From contig MU058636.1 in the NCBI GenBank assembly GCA_013265495.1, forward strand, positions 7,952,295 through 8,016,294: a stretch of DNA of 64,000 bases, read 5' to 3'. This document shows positions 53,135 through 64,000 of the stretch, one piece after another. The position numbers and the translations under genes are program-made. The stretch comes from Vicugna vicugna (taxonomy: Eukaryota). Each line of letters begins with the position of its first letter. Positions within the stretch are counted from its first letter, which is position 1. The notes beneath the pieces are model-generated. The model did no database searches, had not been told where the DNA came from, and was given only the letters and a program-made list of their open reading frames with translations.

Positions 53135-53696
53135 AAACATCAAAGCAATGAAGACATGAAGTTCAAGATATTAACACTTGAGGCAGAGGAGCAGTACAGG
53201 AATTTCCCTTCTGCCCTGCCTGCCTTTCCTCCTTTCTCTCCTCCTTCCTTTTTTTAAAATTGAAATTGAGACTTTAAAAGCATTTTGTGTTCATGAAAAA
53301 AAAAAAAAAACCTAGAAAAACATGGGAACATTTCTTAAAAAGAAGGCTTAAATAACCACTGTTCATTCACACAGAAATGCTAATCATTGTTAGTTTTTAT
53401 GAATTTTGAAATCTTTCCTCTAAATAAACATTTAAAAATAGGTTTAGTTCACAGATGTCTTATATTCTGACCTTTTCAATGAATGAAATACTGTAAGCAT
53501 TTTCATGTATTTAAATATTGTTTCCAATGTTTGTGGTGGTCAGAATGATATTCAACTTTCAATTTTAATTCTAAGTAGCATTTTTACTTCACTTGTAATA
53601 CTTTCTTGTGCCATAATTTGAAAAAAATAGATTTTGATCACATCCTGTACAGATTTTACAAGTTGGTTTTCAACAGTTTCAGAGTAACTGCTAAAA

Positions 53697-54680
53697 CAAA
53701 ATGTTGCTATGAACATTTGTGAATATTGGTTGGAGTTCCTGTTTTCAGGCCTGTTGGGTATACACCTAGGAGTGGAACTGCTGAGTCCTATGATAATTTT
53801 ATGTTTTCCACAGCAACTGAAAAACTACATTCCCAGCAGAAATGTATGCATTCCAATTTCTCCACATCCTCACCAACACTTGTTATTCTCCAGGTCGTTG
53901 TTCATTACAATCCCCCTAGTAGATGTGAAGTGTTATCTCGCTGTGGTTTGATTTGCATTTCCCTAATGACTAATGGTGGTGAGCTTTTCATATGCTTGTT
54001 GGCCACTTGCAAGTCTTCTCTGGAGAAATGTCTGCTCAAGTTCTTTGCCTGTTTTAAAATTGCATTGTTAGTCTTTTTGTGTTGCACTGTAATATATAAA
54101 GAGTTCTTTATATATTCTGGATGGACACTGAGATAAATGATTTGCAAATATCTCCCCCTTTCTGTATGTTGTCTTTTTACCTTCATGATAATGCCCTTTG
54201 ATGTACAGAAGTTTTTAATTTTGATGAAGTCCAAATTATTTACTTTTTCTTCTGTTACTTGTGCTTTTGGTGTCCTGTCTGGGAACTCATTGCCAAATTC
54301 AAAGTCATGAATATTTACCCCGTGCCTTTTTCTAAGAGTTTTATGGTTTTAGCTCTTTTAGTTAGGTCTTGAATCATTTTCAGGCAATTATTGTGTACAG
54401 TGTGAAACAGGAGTCCAACTCCACTCTTTTGCATGTGGATACCCAGTTGTCCCAGCACCATTTGTTGAAGAGATTATTCTTTCTCCACAGAGTGGTCTTC
54501 ACACCTTTGTCAAAAATCAATCAGCCATAGGTCCACAGATGGTTGGTTTTGTTTCCGAACTTTCAATTCTATGACATTGATCTCTCTAACTACGACACTA
54601 TTTTGATTTCTGCAGCTTTGTAGTTTGCAACTGGGAAGCATGAGCCTTATTTTCTCCTTTTTCAAGACTGTGTTGTATTT
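53697..54680 (-). mobile_element. L1 (L1MB-like) ORF2 3' fragment
   Basis: 'gggtatacacctaggagtggaactgctgagtc', 'ctgtggtttgatttgcatttccctaatgactaatg', 'gcatgtggatacccagttgtcccagcaccatttgttgaaga'; ORF 53905..54234 is an ORF2-like peptide (FSREDLQVANKHMK...IREMQIK). Confidence 0.9.
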
Positions 54681-56624
54681 TATTTATTTTTACTATTTAT
54701 TGTCTCTTCTCTCCCACTACAACAGGGGCTCTACTTGGATGAGGTTTTTGTCCGTTTTGTTCACCGCTATAGCCCAGCTGCTAGAAGTGGGTTTATCATA
54801 CAATAGATGCTTAGTATTCGCTAAATGAATGAACGGGATCTTGAGGAGACAGAATCATCCACAGCTCAGAGAAAACTGTGGCTGTGAGAGGAGGAAAGGA
54901 GAGAGGAGGGAGGAAGACAAGACCAAGCTGATCAAATCCTGTGAGAGGAGAGTTGCAACAGTAGGAAGGTGGGGTCACTGAGGCTTGGGCTCCAGTGACA
55001 AGGGACCCTTTCAAAACTTTATTGTCAGGAGGCAGGAGCAGCAGCAGCCATTCTGCTGTGTGAGTCAGTCTTCAGTAATTCAAACGTACTAAGGCTAAAA
55101 GTCACTTCGTTGCTATCACATTGAACATTTTATATTTTTCAAAAACACGACATCAGGTAAGATGATGCAGAGTAACAATGAACTATTTTCTCTGAACTGA
55201 GAGGGAAAAGAGTGTCTGCATCCTACCGTCAGTCTCCAGAGCTTTCAGTATATGTAAATAACTATTCCTGATACATTAGTGTAATTTTATAATCCTATCG
55301 GGAAACATACCCTGCAATGCAAAAGTCCCATACTGACCTTTTGAACAAATTCTGAACAAAATCTTAAATAAACACATTTATCACATTTAGTCAAATTACA
55401 GAAGTGGGCAGTGACATCAGCAAGTCTGAACACTATTGTTACTAATGGGACAGAAGCCAGCGGAAAAAAAGCAGAGCTAGGATACACGCGGTGCAGTTTA
55501 AGAGAAATGCATTAGGGATTTTCTTTGATGCTCATTACTTTCTTTTTCTATATAAAGAAATTTAAATGTAGATAATTAAGGCAGCACGAAGAACTCCACT
55601 CTATTTTGTACACTGCCACTGAATAATTGCATTTTGTCCTGCATAATACCAGATACTGCTGCTATGAGATTAAGCAATATACTGCCACTTCACAAATCAA
55701 GCCACATGGCCCCATCTGTTTCTAGGTTTCATTACAGCACACCTACTGGTTAATAAAGAAACTGTTCACCAGAGGATTCAAAAATGCCTCTTATTTGACT
55801 TTTTCGAAATCAACAAGGTGGTGTTGATATAATTTGGCATAAAGTCTGATTTGTTATGGGAATTAGACACATACCTCCTCATCTGATCATGATTTAAGAC
55901 AATATGTGAAGTACAGAAACCATCACTAAAATGGCTCAGCTCTGGGATTTCCCAGGTGCTAAATGCTCTACTCAAAGCCTCAGGGAAAATGCACAATTGC
56001 TCCAGGCCGTCACCCCAGGTTTAATTACGATCTGGGAGTTTTATTCCCTGGGCAGAGGGGACAGTCTGGAGAGAGCTTTGCCTCAACTTGGTCTTTAACT
56101 AAGCGACTCAAAGACAATATGCAATTCACCGCCTCATCTGCAAAACCCTCTCCAGGAGGCAAAACTGTTACGCATCCCTCAAACCCAGCCCAGTACCAGT
56201 GCCTGTGTGATGTCCCCAGACGGAACTGTCCTCTCAGTCCATAGCTTGTACACAGCACTGTTTTCATTTTGGATTGTAATTTATTTGTTCATATGTCTCT
56301 TTTCTATTAAACATCAAAGTCTTTAAGGACAGAGACCATCTTACTTATCTCTGTCATGCCCATCCCTCGAATAAAATCAGCATTTAAGAAATACTTATTA
56401 CTATCCACCCCTCGCGTAAAATCAGCATTTAATAAACGTTTATTATTATTTATGCTAAACGACTATGTCTCTTAGTGCTGGTGCCTGGGAAATAGAAACT
56501 GCTTCATAAAATTAATTACCAGAAACTTGTTTTACTCAAAATTTCACTTGTTTTCCTCTTTTTATCATCATTCTGCTGTTAGAACTCAGCTCAGACTCTT
56601 ATCACCCCAGACCAGGAAGATGAG

Positions 56625-56839
56625 GCATTTTAGCCCCCGCCCCCCACCACAATGGGTCATGCGACAAGTCTGGAGGCAGTTTTGCCACAACTGGGCTGGA
56701 GGGGACCAGGTGCCACTGGCATCTAGCGGGTAGAGGCCAGGGATGTTGCTAAACATCCTACAACAGAGAGAGGATGGCACCCCTCAATGAAGAATCATCC
56801 AACCCCAAAGGCCAGTGGAGTTAGGGCTCAGAAAAGCTG
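56625..56839. mobile_element. MER20 hAT DNA transposon fossil
   Basis: 'gtctggaggcagttttgccacaactggg...ctggcatctagcgggtagaggccagggatgttgctaaacatcctaca...aagaatcatccaacccc'. Confidence 0.8.
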
Positions 56840-56847
56840 AACTAAAC

Positions 56848-56972
56848 TTTGTTTTTCCCTTTTAGGGGGAAGGTAATTAATTAATTAATTATTTTAGTGG
56901 AGGAACTCGGGATTGAACCCGGAACTGCATGCCTGCTGAGCACGCACTCTACCACTGAGCTCTACCCTCCCC
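56848..56972 (-). mobile_element. tRNA-derived SINE, camelid Vic-1-like (second copy)
   Basis: Minus strand ggggagggtagagctcagtggtagagtgcgtgctcagcaggcatgcagttccgggttcaatcccgagttcctccac; same tail structure as the copy at 31.1 kb. Confidence 0.8.
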
Positions 56973-57059
56973 ACAAGACCTTCATGTCTTCAAATTGACC
57001 CCCGGTCATTCTACTCTATTTGTTCTCTTCCTCTCCTCTAGTCTATTCTTCCTAACAAT

Positions 57060-57482
57060 CTTATTTTCCTACCTGAAGTATAGTTGACATACATCTTTAC
57101 ATTGGTTTCAGTTGTGCAAGATAATGATTTGACATTAGTGTATATTGCAAAATAATCACCACAGTAAGTCTAGTTACCATCTGTCACCACACACAGTTAT
57201 ACACATTTTTTTCCATGTGATGAGAACTTTTTAGATTTACTCTTAGCAACTTTCCAATATGCAATACAAAACAGTATTATCATATGTCACCATGCTACAC
57301 AGCACATCCTTACAACTTATTTTATAACTGACAGCTTATACGTTTTGACCCTCTTCACCTACTGTGCCCCCACCCCCCCACCTCTGCAGTGATCACCAAT
57401 CTTTTCTCTGTATCTATGACCTTGGTTTTTTGTTTTTTATTTCTGCTTTTTTTTTTTTTAGATTCCACATATAAGTGAGACT
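57060..57482 (-). mobile_element. L1MA9-like 3' end
   Basis: 'gaagtatagttgacataca', 'atcaccacagtaagtctagttaccatctgtcacc', 'ctcttagcaactttccaatatgcaataca', 'ttagattccacatataagtgaga'. Confidence 0.85.
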
Positions 57483-58094
57483 AGAAATATTTATTGTCCT
57501 TATCCTGTTCAAAAGGTCTTACACTTTTTTTTTTAGTATCTTTGTTTTTAGTTAAGAGTTGCTGCTGGAATTTTAGTAACGTTATCAATGGATCAATATG
57601 TCAAAAGCAGAACTAGAACAAAGTTTTAAAAATTCCTATTTCTAATCTAGTTGATATACAATGTTCTTAAACAAAATCTCTGAAATGAGGAGGATGCTGA
57701 GGAGAAAAAAACAGACTCCAGGGGATGGCAGCTAATTTTTCTTCAGCGATCCAAATGTCTAGAGCTACAAGGCTAAATGGACCTTCTAATCTCATTTGCA
57801 GAACAAATGCTGTGTCACTGAATGTTGTATCACACACTGGACTGTTACCTCTCATGCTGGCTAGATATCCTCTGATCTAACCGTGATTTGCTTAAAATTA
57901 ATGTGACCTAAGATTAGTGGGTCTTAGAAACAATTTAAAAAAGAATTTGACTCCTTTTATTTATATGACTATTATGTTATGAAATTCCATAGAGTTCTTA
58001 AATGTGAAAAGTCATATACACAAATAGGTGGAAAATACTTATAGTAGTTTTTCTGACACTTTCCATAAAAACCACATTCCACAGAAATCACACA

Positions 58095-58997
58095 ACCGAT
58101 AAGGGATTCACATCCAGAATATAGAAATAATTCAACAACAAAAAACCAAACAACTCAATTTAAATTGGGCAAAGCACTTGAGATCTCTCTCCAAAGAAGA
58201 TATACAAATGGCCACTAAGCCCATGATAAGGTGCTCAACATCATTAATCATTAGGGAAATGCAAATCAGAACCATAATAAGATACCACTTCATGCCTTTT
58301 AGGATGGCTGTTATCAACAAAACAGAAACTAACAAGTGCTGGCAAGGATGTGGAAAAATGAGAGCCTCTGTGCACTGTTAGTAGGAATGTAAAACGGCTC
58401 AGCAGTTTGGCAGCTCCTTAAAAAATAACTGCCAAATTACCATATAACCCGGTAATTGCACTCCTAGGTATGAACACAAAGGAATCGAGAAGAGGTGCTC
58501 AGACACTTGTAGACAAATGTAGTGTGATTCACTGTAGCCAAAAGGCAGAAACAACCTGAGTGTCCATCAGCAGACGACTGGATAAACAAAGTGTGGTCTA
58601 TCCATATAATGGAATATTATTCAGTCTTAAAAAGGAAGGGAATTCTGACACCTGCTACAACCAGGATGAAACTTGACGACATTAGGCTACTGAAATGAGC
58701 TAGAGACAAAAAGCAAACTTTGTATACTCTACTTTCATGGGGTAAACAAAGTAGGCAAACTCAGACACAGAAAGCAGAATAGAGATTACCAGGACTGGGA
58801 GGAAGGGGAGTGGGGAATTTCTGTTTAATGGGTGCAGGGCTACAGTTTGGGAAGATGAAAAAGTTCTGGAGATGGAGAGGTGTGGCAGCACAGCAATGTG
58901 AATGCACTTAATTGTACATTTGATTTGCAATTCGCTGAACTGTATACTTAGAAATGGTTAAAATGGTAAACTTTATGTGTATTTTATCACAAGAAAA
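58095..58997 (+). mobile_element. L1MB-like ORF2 end and 3' UTR
   Basis: 'tccaaagaagatatacaaatggcc...tgctcaacatcattaatcattagggaaatgcaaatca', 'tggataaacaaagtgtggtctatccatataatggaatattattcag', 'aaatggttaaaatggtaaactttatgtgtattttatcacaa'. Confidence 0.88.
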
Positions 58998-61900
58998 GTC
59001 TTCTTCCAAATGTTTTAATAATTTGCTCCCTCACTACCTTTGAGGGATTTTACAAATTTAAAGCCTCCCTCCGCCAAAATTAGAAGGTTTTCTTAAAACT
59101 CTAAATTTGCATTGGGAAATGTGCCACTGGTACACAGAAGCCTTGAGAGAAACTGGAATCCCGGGCAGATGAAACGCTGGGCCGTGTGCACACACACCCA
59201 GGCCCCGTCAGGTAGGTTAGTCTCCCGGAAGCAGCCCACACTTGCTGCAGGCCGTCACGGTGCTGTGACATCCCAGCTTCCTGCCTGCCTCTCAGATCCT
59301 TTCTTCCACTTAATGCCGAGTCATAGAAACATACCAATTTTCTCTGATGGTGGTAGTTTGGGGGCAAGAGGGAAGTACGGTTTTAAAAATAATGCTTGCT
59401 TCTAGCACTCAGAAAAAGGGGAAAATAAGTAGTATTTTGAATATTCAGAGCAAGGTTAAACATTTTAAGAGTAAGCAACTCATAACACTTGGAGACTATC
59501 AACACCACCTCAGGAAGATAATGGCATAAGTTTCTAGCATTCCAACCTCTATCCTTCCCACGGACAGCCTATGCTTGGAAACACTGTACGTCACCCCTCA
59601 AGTGTGGTATTTTATTATTCAACTTTGGAAAGGTCCTCAATTTAGTGACTCCATGAGCAAGAGGCTACATGATGTAATCAATTAAAAACAGGAGCTGAAG
59701 GACAAAGACCCGAGTCAATGGCAGCTCCATCCCTAACTAATTGGGACCTTTAAGTGACTAACTGCTTCCATCCTGTTCCCTCCTCTGTAAAACCAAAACA
59801 GTAATTGTTACCTTTCATCCGGAGAGGATGTGTACAAACGCGATTTGAAAACTGCGAACTATGTAAGGATACTCTTTTTTATTATCAACAAGTAGCTATA
59901 TCTCTCCTTATTCTTTCTGCATTCCTCATTGTAGAAATAAACGGTGTCCCAAAACAGAAGGAAAAAAGAGAAAGAAAAAAAATCTCAGATACAAATCAGA
60001 GGCGAAGAAGGGGAAAAAAGGTGAGGGGAAGATAAACGTTCACATCAAAAATACAGTATCTCAACCATCTCAACATATCAGCATTTCATTAGGAATTAAA
60101 ATTATGCCATCATTTTCTTTCCAATCAGCTGCCATTAATCAGCCAGCAGAGCTGGTGGATAGAAATTCTGAGCCCATACAGTGAATCATCTTCTTGAGTT
60201 TTCTTGCAGACTGTTGAGTACCTTCATGGGAGATGTTCTGAATTTTGTATAATTTAGATTACAATATTCTATAACTTCAAAAAAAAAGAAATTCTGAACC
60301 CACAATATACACTTTCTATGTAATTCCAGGACCAGACAGAAAGAGGGAGAAGGAGAGAAGACAGATGGACCCTGACAGAGATGAAGTGAAAACTGAACTC
60401 AGTTCGACTGTCCAGCAACTGCGTCTGTACAAAACATAACAGAGAACAAGCAACAAGCAAAAAAGAGTTCTGTCTGCCAAAAAAGATGTGTTACCAGTTC
60501 TGTGTACCAAAACGATCGCGCAGGACCTTATTTGCAACTATTTTCAACTCAGTTTAAACAGCAAGCATGTTTTTCTGGTTCCCAAGCTTGGAGTGAATCA
60601 GCAGTGTCACTGGGACTGCAGAGCTGACCCTGTTCTGCTCCTGAGTCACACCTGGCTGAGTCTGCAGCCGAACGGACAGTGACGACTTCCAGGGGCTGGG
60701 ATTAAAAGTGCTTTGTGTGTGCTTTAAAATACTTTCATCCAAGTTGTTACTCTGAGTATGCATTTATATATTTTATATGAAAAACAACAGTAAATACTGT
60801 TGCGGGGCAAGGGCTGATTTGATGCTTCTAGTGTTTAATTTCAAACCAGACTCTTCACACGCTGGCCTCCCCACTACATGCCCAACCTCATCAATTCTCC
60901 CTTGGCCCGGATTCCCTCCCCTCTGTCCAGGAGGCCCGTGTACAGCGACATCCTGCTCTTCCTTCAGGATGGAGCTGGAAGCCAACTTCCCCGTGGCCCC
61001 CAGGCTGCATCATGAACCAGCTCCTCACAGCTCCTCTGGGCTCTCCCAGCACCCAGCACTGACCTCCACAAAAGCACCATCACACCTGACTCCTTATGTC
61101 TTCTTGTTTTCCCCAGAGATGCCAAGCTCCTTCTAAAGGCCACAGGCCACGCCACGTACAGCCCACCACCAGGTCTGGTGCACAATAAATGATGCCTAAA
61201 TGAAGGTAAAATCTAGTTTCATCGATACCATTTTATTATTAAACCCTATGTAATAGTTAACTGCTGACCTAAAGCCCATTGCTTTGCTGATGTGATACAA
61301 TAAATTCTTCTGAAAGGCAGAATTATATAATGCATCTCCTCCCTGCAGGTTTCATAGTCCATTTTCTTGAGGTGATGTTATGGAGAACACCAAGCTGTAC
61401 TTGAAGAGCTCCAAAGTGTTAAATGGCTATGAATAACATTTCAAATGTCCTTAAAAATGATGTGTGGGCAACTTAAAAAGTTTTATTGATTGTGTATTGT
61501 GGGAGGTTGAGTTTCCTGGCAAAAGGCTGCCTGAAGGGTGAGATTATAAACTGATGGAGAAGAACCACTAATGAGCTGTGTTACAGAAGGCTGTTCGAGG
61601 AAGCTCACATTTTTAGCTGCCAAAGGTGTTCATGGTGTGTCAACCACCGTCTCACCAGCTTCGCTAGGTGGTAACGTGGGCTTTCAGACACACCATGCCA
61701 CTTCAACTGGTCTTCGCTGGCCTTCAAACACCCTTTTGATTACATGATTCTCCTGTTCAAACCCTTTAGCATTTCTCTTTTGACCACAGGTTACCACTGA
61801 ATAGTTCTCTTGTGCCTACAGATTAAAATCCAAATGCCTCCCCCTTCCTCCCACCTTACTCTACAAAGCACCAACCTATCTCAGGAGAAAGAGCAAGGAC

Positions 61901-64000
61901 ATGGTTGAAGAAAGTATTACATTTATTAATAGCAATGATGAAGCAGACGTGGCTCCCGGCGCTGTGCATTTCAAGATAAAACATAGCCCCTGCCCTCTAT
62001 GATGAATAGTCTACAGGGGGAGACAGAAATCTAAACACATTATTGGTGACAGGTACATTATAGTAACTGTTAGTAAAAGGCCTGGGGGAGGTTTTCTGTA
62101 GAAGGGGCTGTGCAGACTCCCTCCTCAACCAGCAGAGGGGCAGGGGGAGGTCGGAGAAGCAATGGCTCTCTCCTGGAGGACACAGGGGTGCAATCCAGGC
62201 CTAGGGACAGCGTCAGCATCCTTAAGTTGTCACAAGGACTTACTGCCAGAATCCCTATTTCCACATTGCCTTCTATTTTACCTCTAGTTAGAGTCCCAAA
62301 TCCCAAATGGTACCATTCTGATTACCCTTGTCAAGACTGACTCAAAATTTACACACAGTAAAAATGGAATTCTAATCAGGAAAAATTGGAGAAATCCTAA
62401 TAGATCACAATTTTTTTGCATTAAAAAAAATCTTACTCTGGGGTGAACATTTTGATATTTGCTTTCCTGATCTGTCCCTCTCTAATTCAGCTAAGAAAGC
62501 CTGGAGACGAGGATTTTATTTTTTATGTGGTTACCTTTCTAGGTGGTCCCAAGGGCCTGGTTCAGGGCCTATCACAGGCGGTTTAGGTACAGCAAACACA
62601 GAGTAAATGACATTGAGTGAATAACCAAATATAAAAACTTTCTAAAGCAACTATGACATCCACAAAAATCACATTTTAAAACCCCAAGACATAATCAATA
62701 CAGTATTAAAAAAATTTCTTTTAAACTCATATTTGCAATAAACTGCATCAATGACCATAGAAAGGAGGTGCCACTTCTTGGAAGTAAGAACCAGGCACCA
62801 ACCTGCCATTGTTTGCACAGCAACACCTAATGACTGCTCTACATAAACACATAATAACCAATAAATCCTAAGCGAACCATTTATGTGCACAAAGGTTTGT
62901 CTTTGACCAACACCTCATCCAACTTCTGCTCCTAAAAATGAAATTCTACTACTACCAGAAAACAGGGCACGAATGATAAAATGCATCAACAAGTGAAGGA
63001 AAACCACTCGGGACCTGAAATTTTCTTAGCTTAACACAATTTTCTCACATGCATTGGCTTCTAAGAATCTCTCATCATCGGTAATCATCTTTCATGTCAT
63101 TAACCCCTGGCGGCCCCACTTTCTGAACAAGTGGTGTTCATTTCTGTCTAGTCATTTGGAAATTGGAATTCATTTTCTTATAGAAACGATGTTCTCAATG
63201 CTGATAAATTCCGTGGCCAGCCCGTTAAGACCCTCTCAACCTCTAGTACAGGTGGCTTTTAATACCAAATTAGCCCAAATAGGTGATTGCCACCTTTGGC
63301 ATCTGCCAACCTACTTTCTGCAGCAGCCCTTGCCCACGCTTAGGTGTCCCCAATCCTCAACTGTTCTCACGCACAAACCTTTCAATTACCTACTCTTTCT
63401 CCTTCCTCCTCCAAACAAACTCCAGCTATTTCACATGCGATTCTTAGCAAAGAAAAAAGCATGATCCCAGTGTTTGTAAACCACAGACAGCTTTTCACTG
63501 CTGCAGTGCTAAATCCATCTCATGACTGAAGAATACACGTCTCCTATTTATGGTCCCTCAAAGTTAAATCTGAAAAAGGGGGCAAGGAAGTGATCCCACA
63601 TGAAGTATTAAATTTCCCCAAGGAAAAAATTCATATATAAAAATAACCCCACCAGTGATATCAGCTAATCAAGACGAGAAAGAGAGATTTTTTGATATTT
63701 AGTATTTCCATCCAAAAAAGAAATTCAGTGTCTTTTTGGGAAAATCAGAACTTTGTAGGGCTAAGTTTACATTGATTTCATAGGTTAAATTTCTGTCTTT
63801 GAATTAAATATGGGTTAGGGAATGAGGGAGAGAGCCAGGATCTCTTCAGTGTTCAGGACTTCTGAAGTGATATGGCTCCATACACATACATTTATACTTT
63901 TTTAATATTTACGTGTTTTCACTTTAAGTTTTGCATTTAAATTTTATGTCAGTCTCTTTGATTCTTAGAAAACGGTTTTTTAGTTGATTAGACTTCCCAA

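Noticed and set aside
35741..64000. SMAD9 exon 1/promoter or an additional gene
   Set aside because: No CpG island or convincing coding exons seen; consistent with a long repeat-rich intron 1, though small non-coding exons cannot be excluded by eye

Overview
Mammalian genomic DNA, most likely from a camelid (two copies of a tRNA-derived SINE resembling camelid Vic-1, plus cetartiodactyl-type L1 3' ends). It holds two convergent genes. RFXAP (+, three coding exons, 6325-12189) sits in a CpG-island promoter. SMAD9 (-, five intact coding exons, 35515-20047) encodes 430 aa; its non-coding first exon is presumably beyond the right edge, so about 35.7-64 kb would be intron 1. The rest is ordinary repeat-rich DNA (L1, L2, MIR, MLT1/ERV LTRs, hAT DNA transposon fossils), a decayed NDE1 processed pseudogene and three snRNA retrocopies. 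The most notable observations: (1) the codon orthologous to the RFXAP initiator ATG is ACG in a strong Kozak context, with no ATG upstream in the likely 5' UTR; (2) the SMAD9 alternative linker exon carrying PPLPY survives only as a 5' remnant without its normal donor; (3) the snRNA retrocopies are of three different types: a 3'-extended full-length U2, a U6/L1 chimera and a tailless truncated U4. I see no evidence for a new multi-gene biological system. Comparisons with human proteins and snRNAs are from memory, not from searches.
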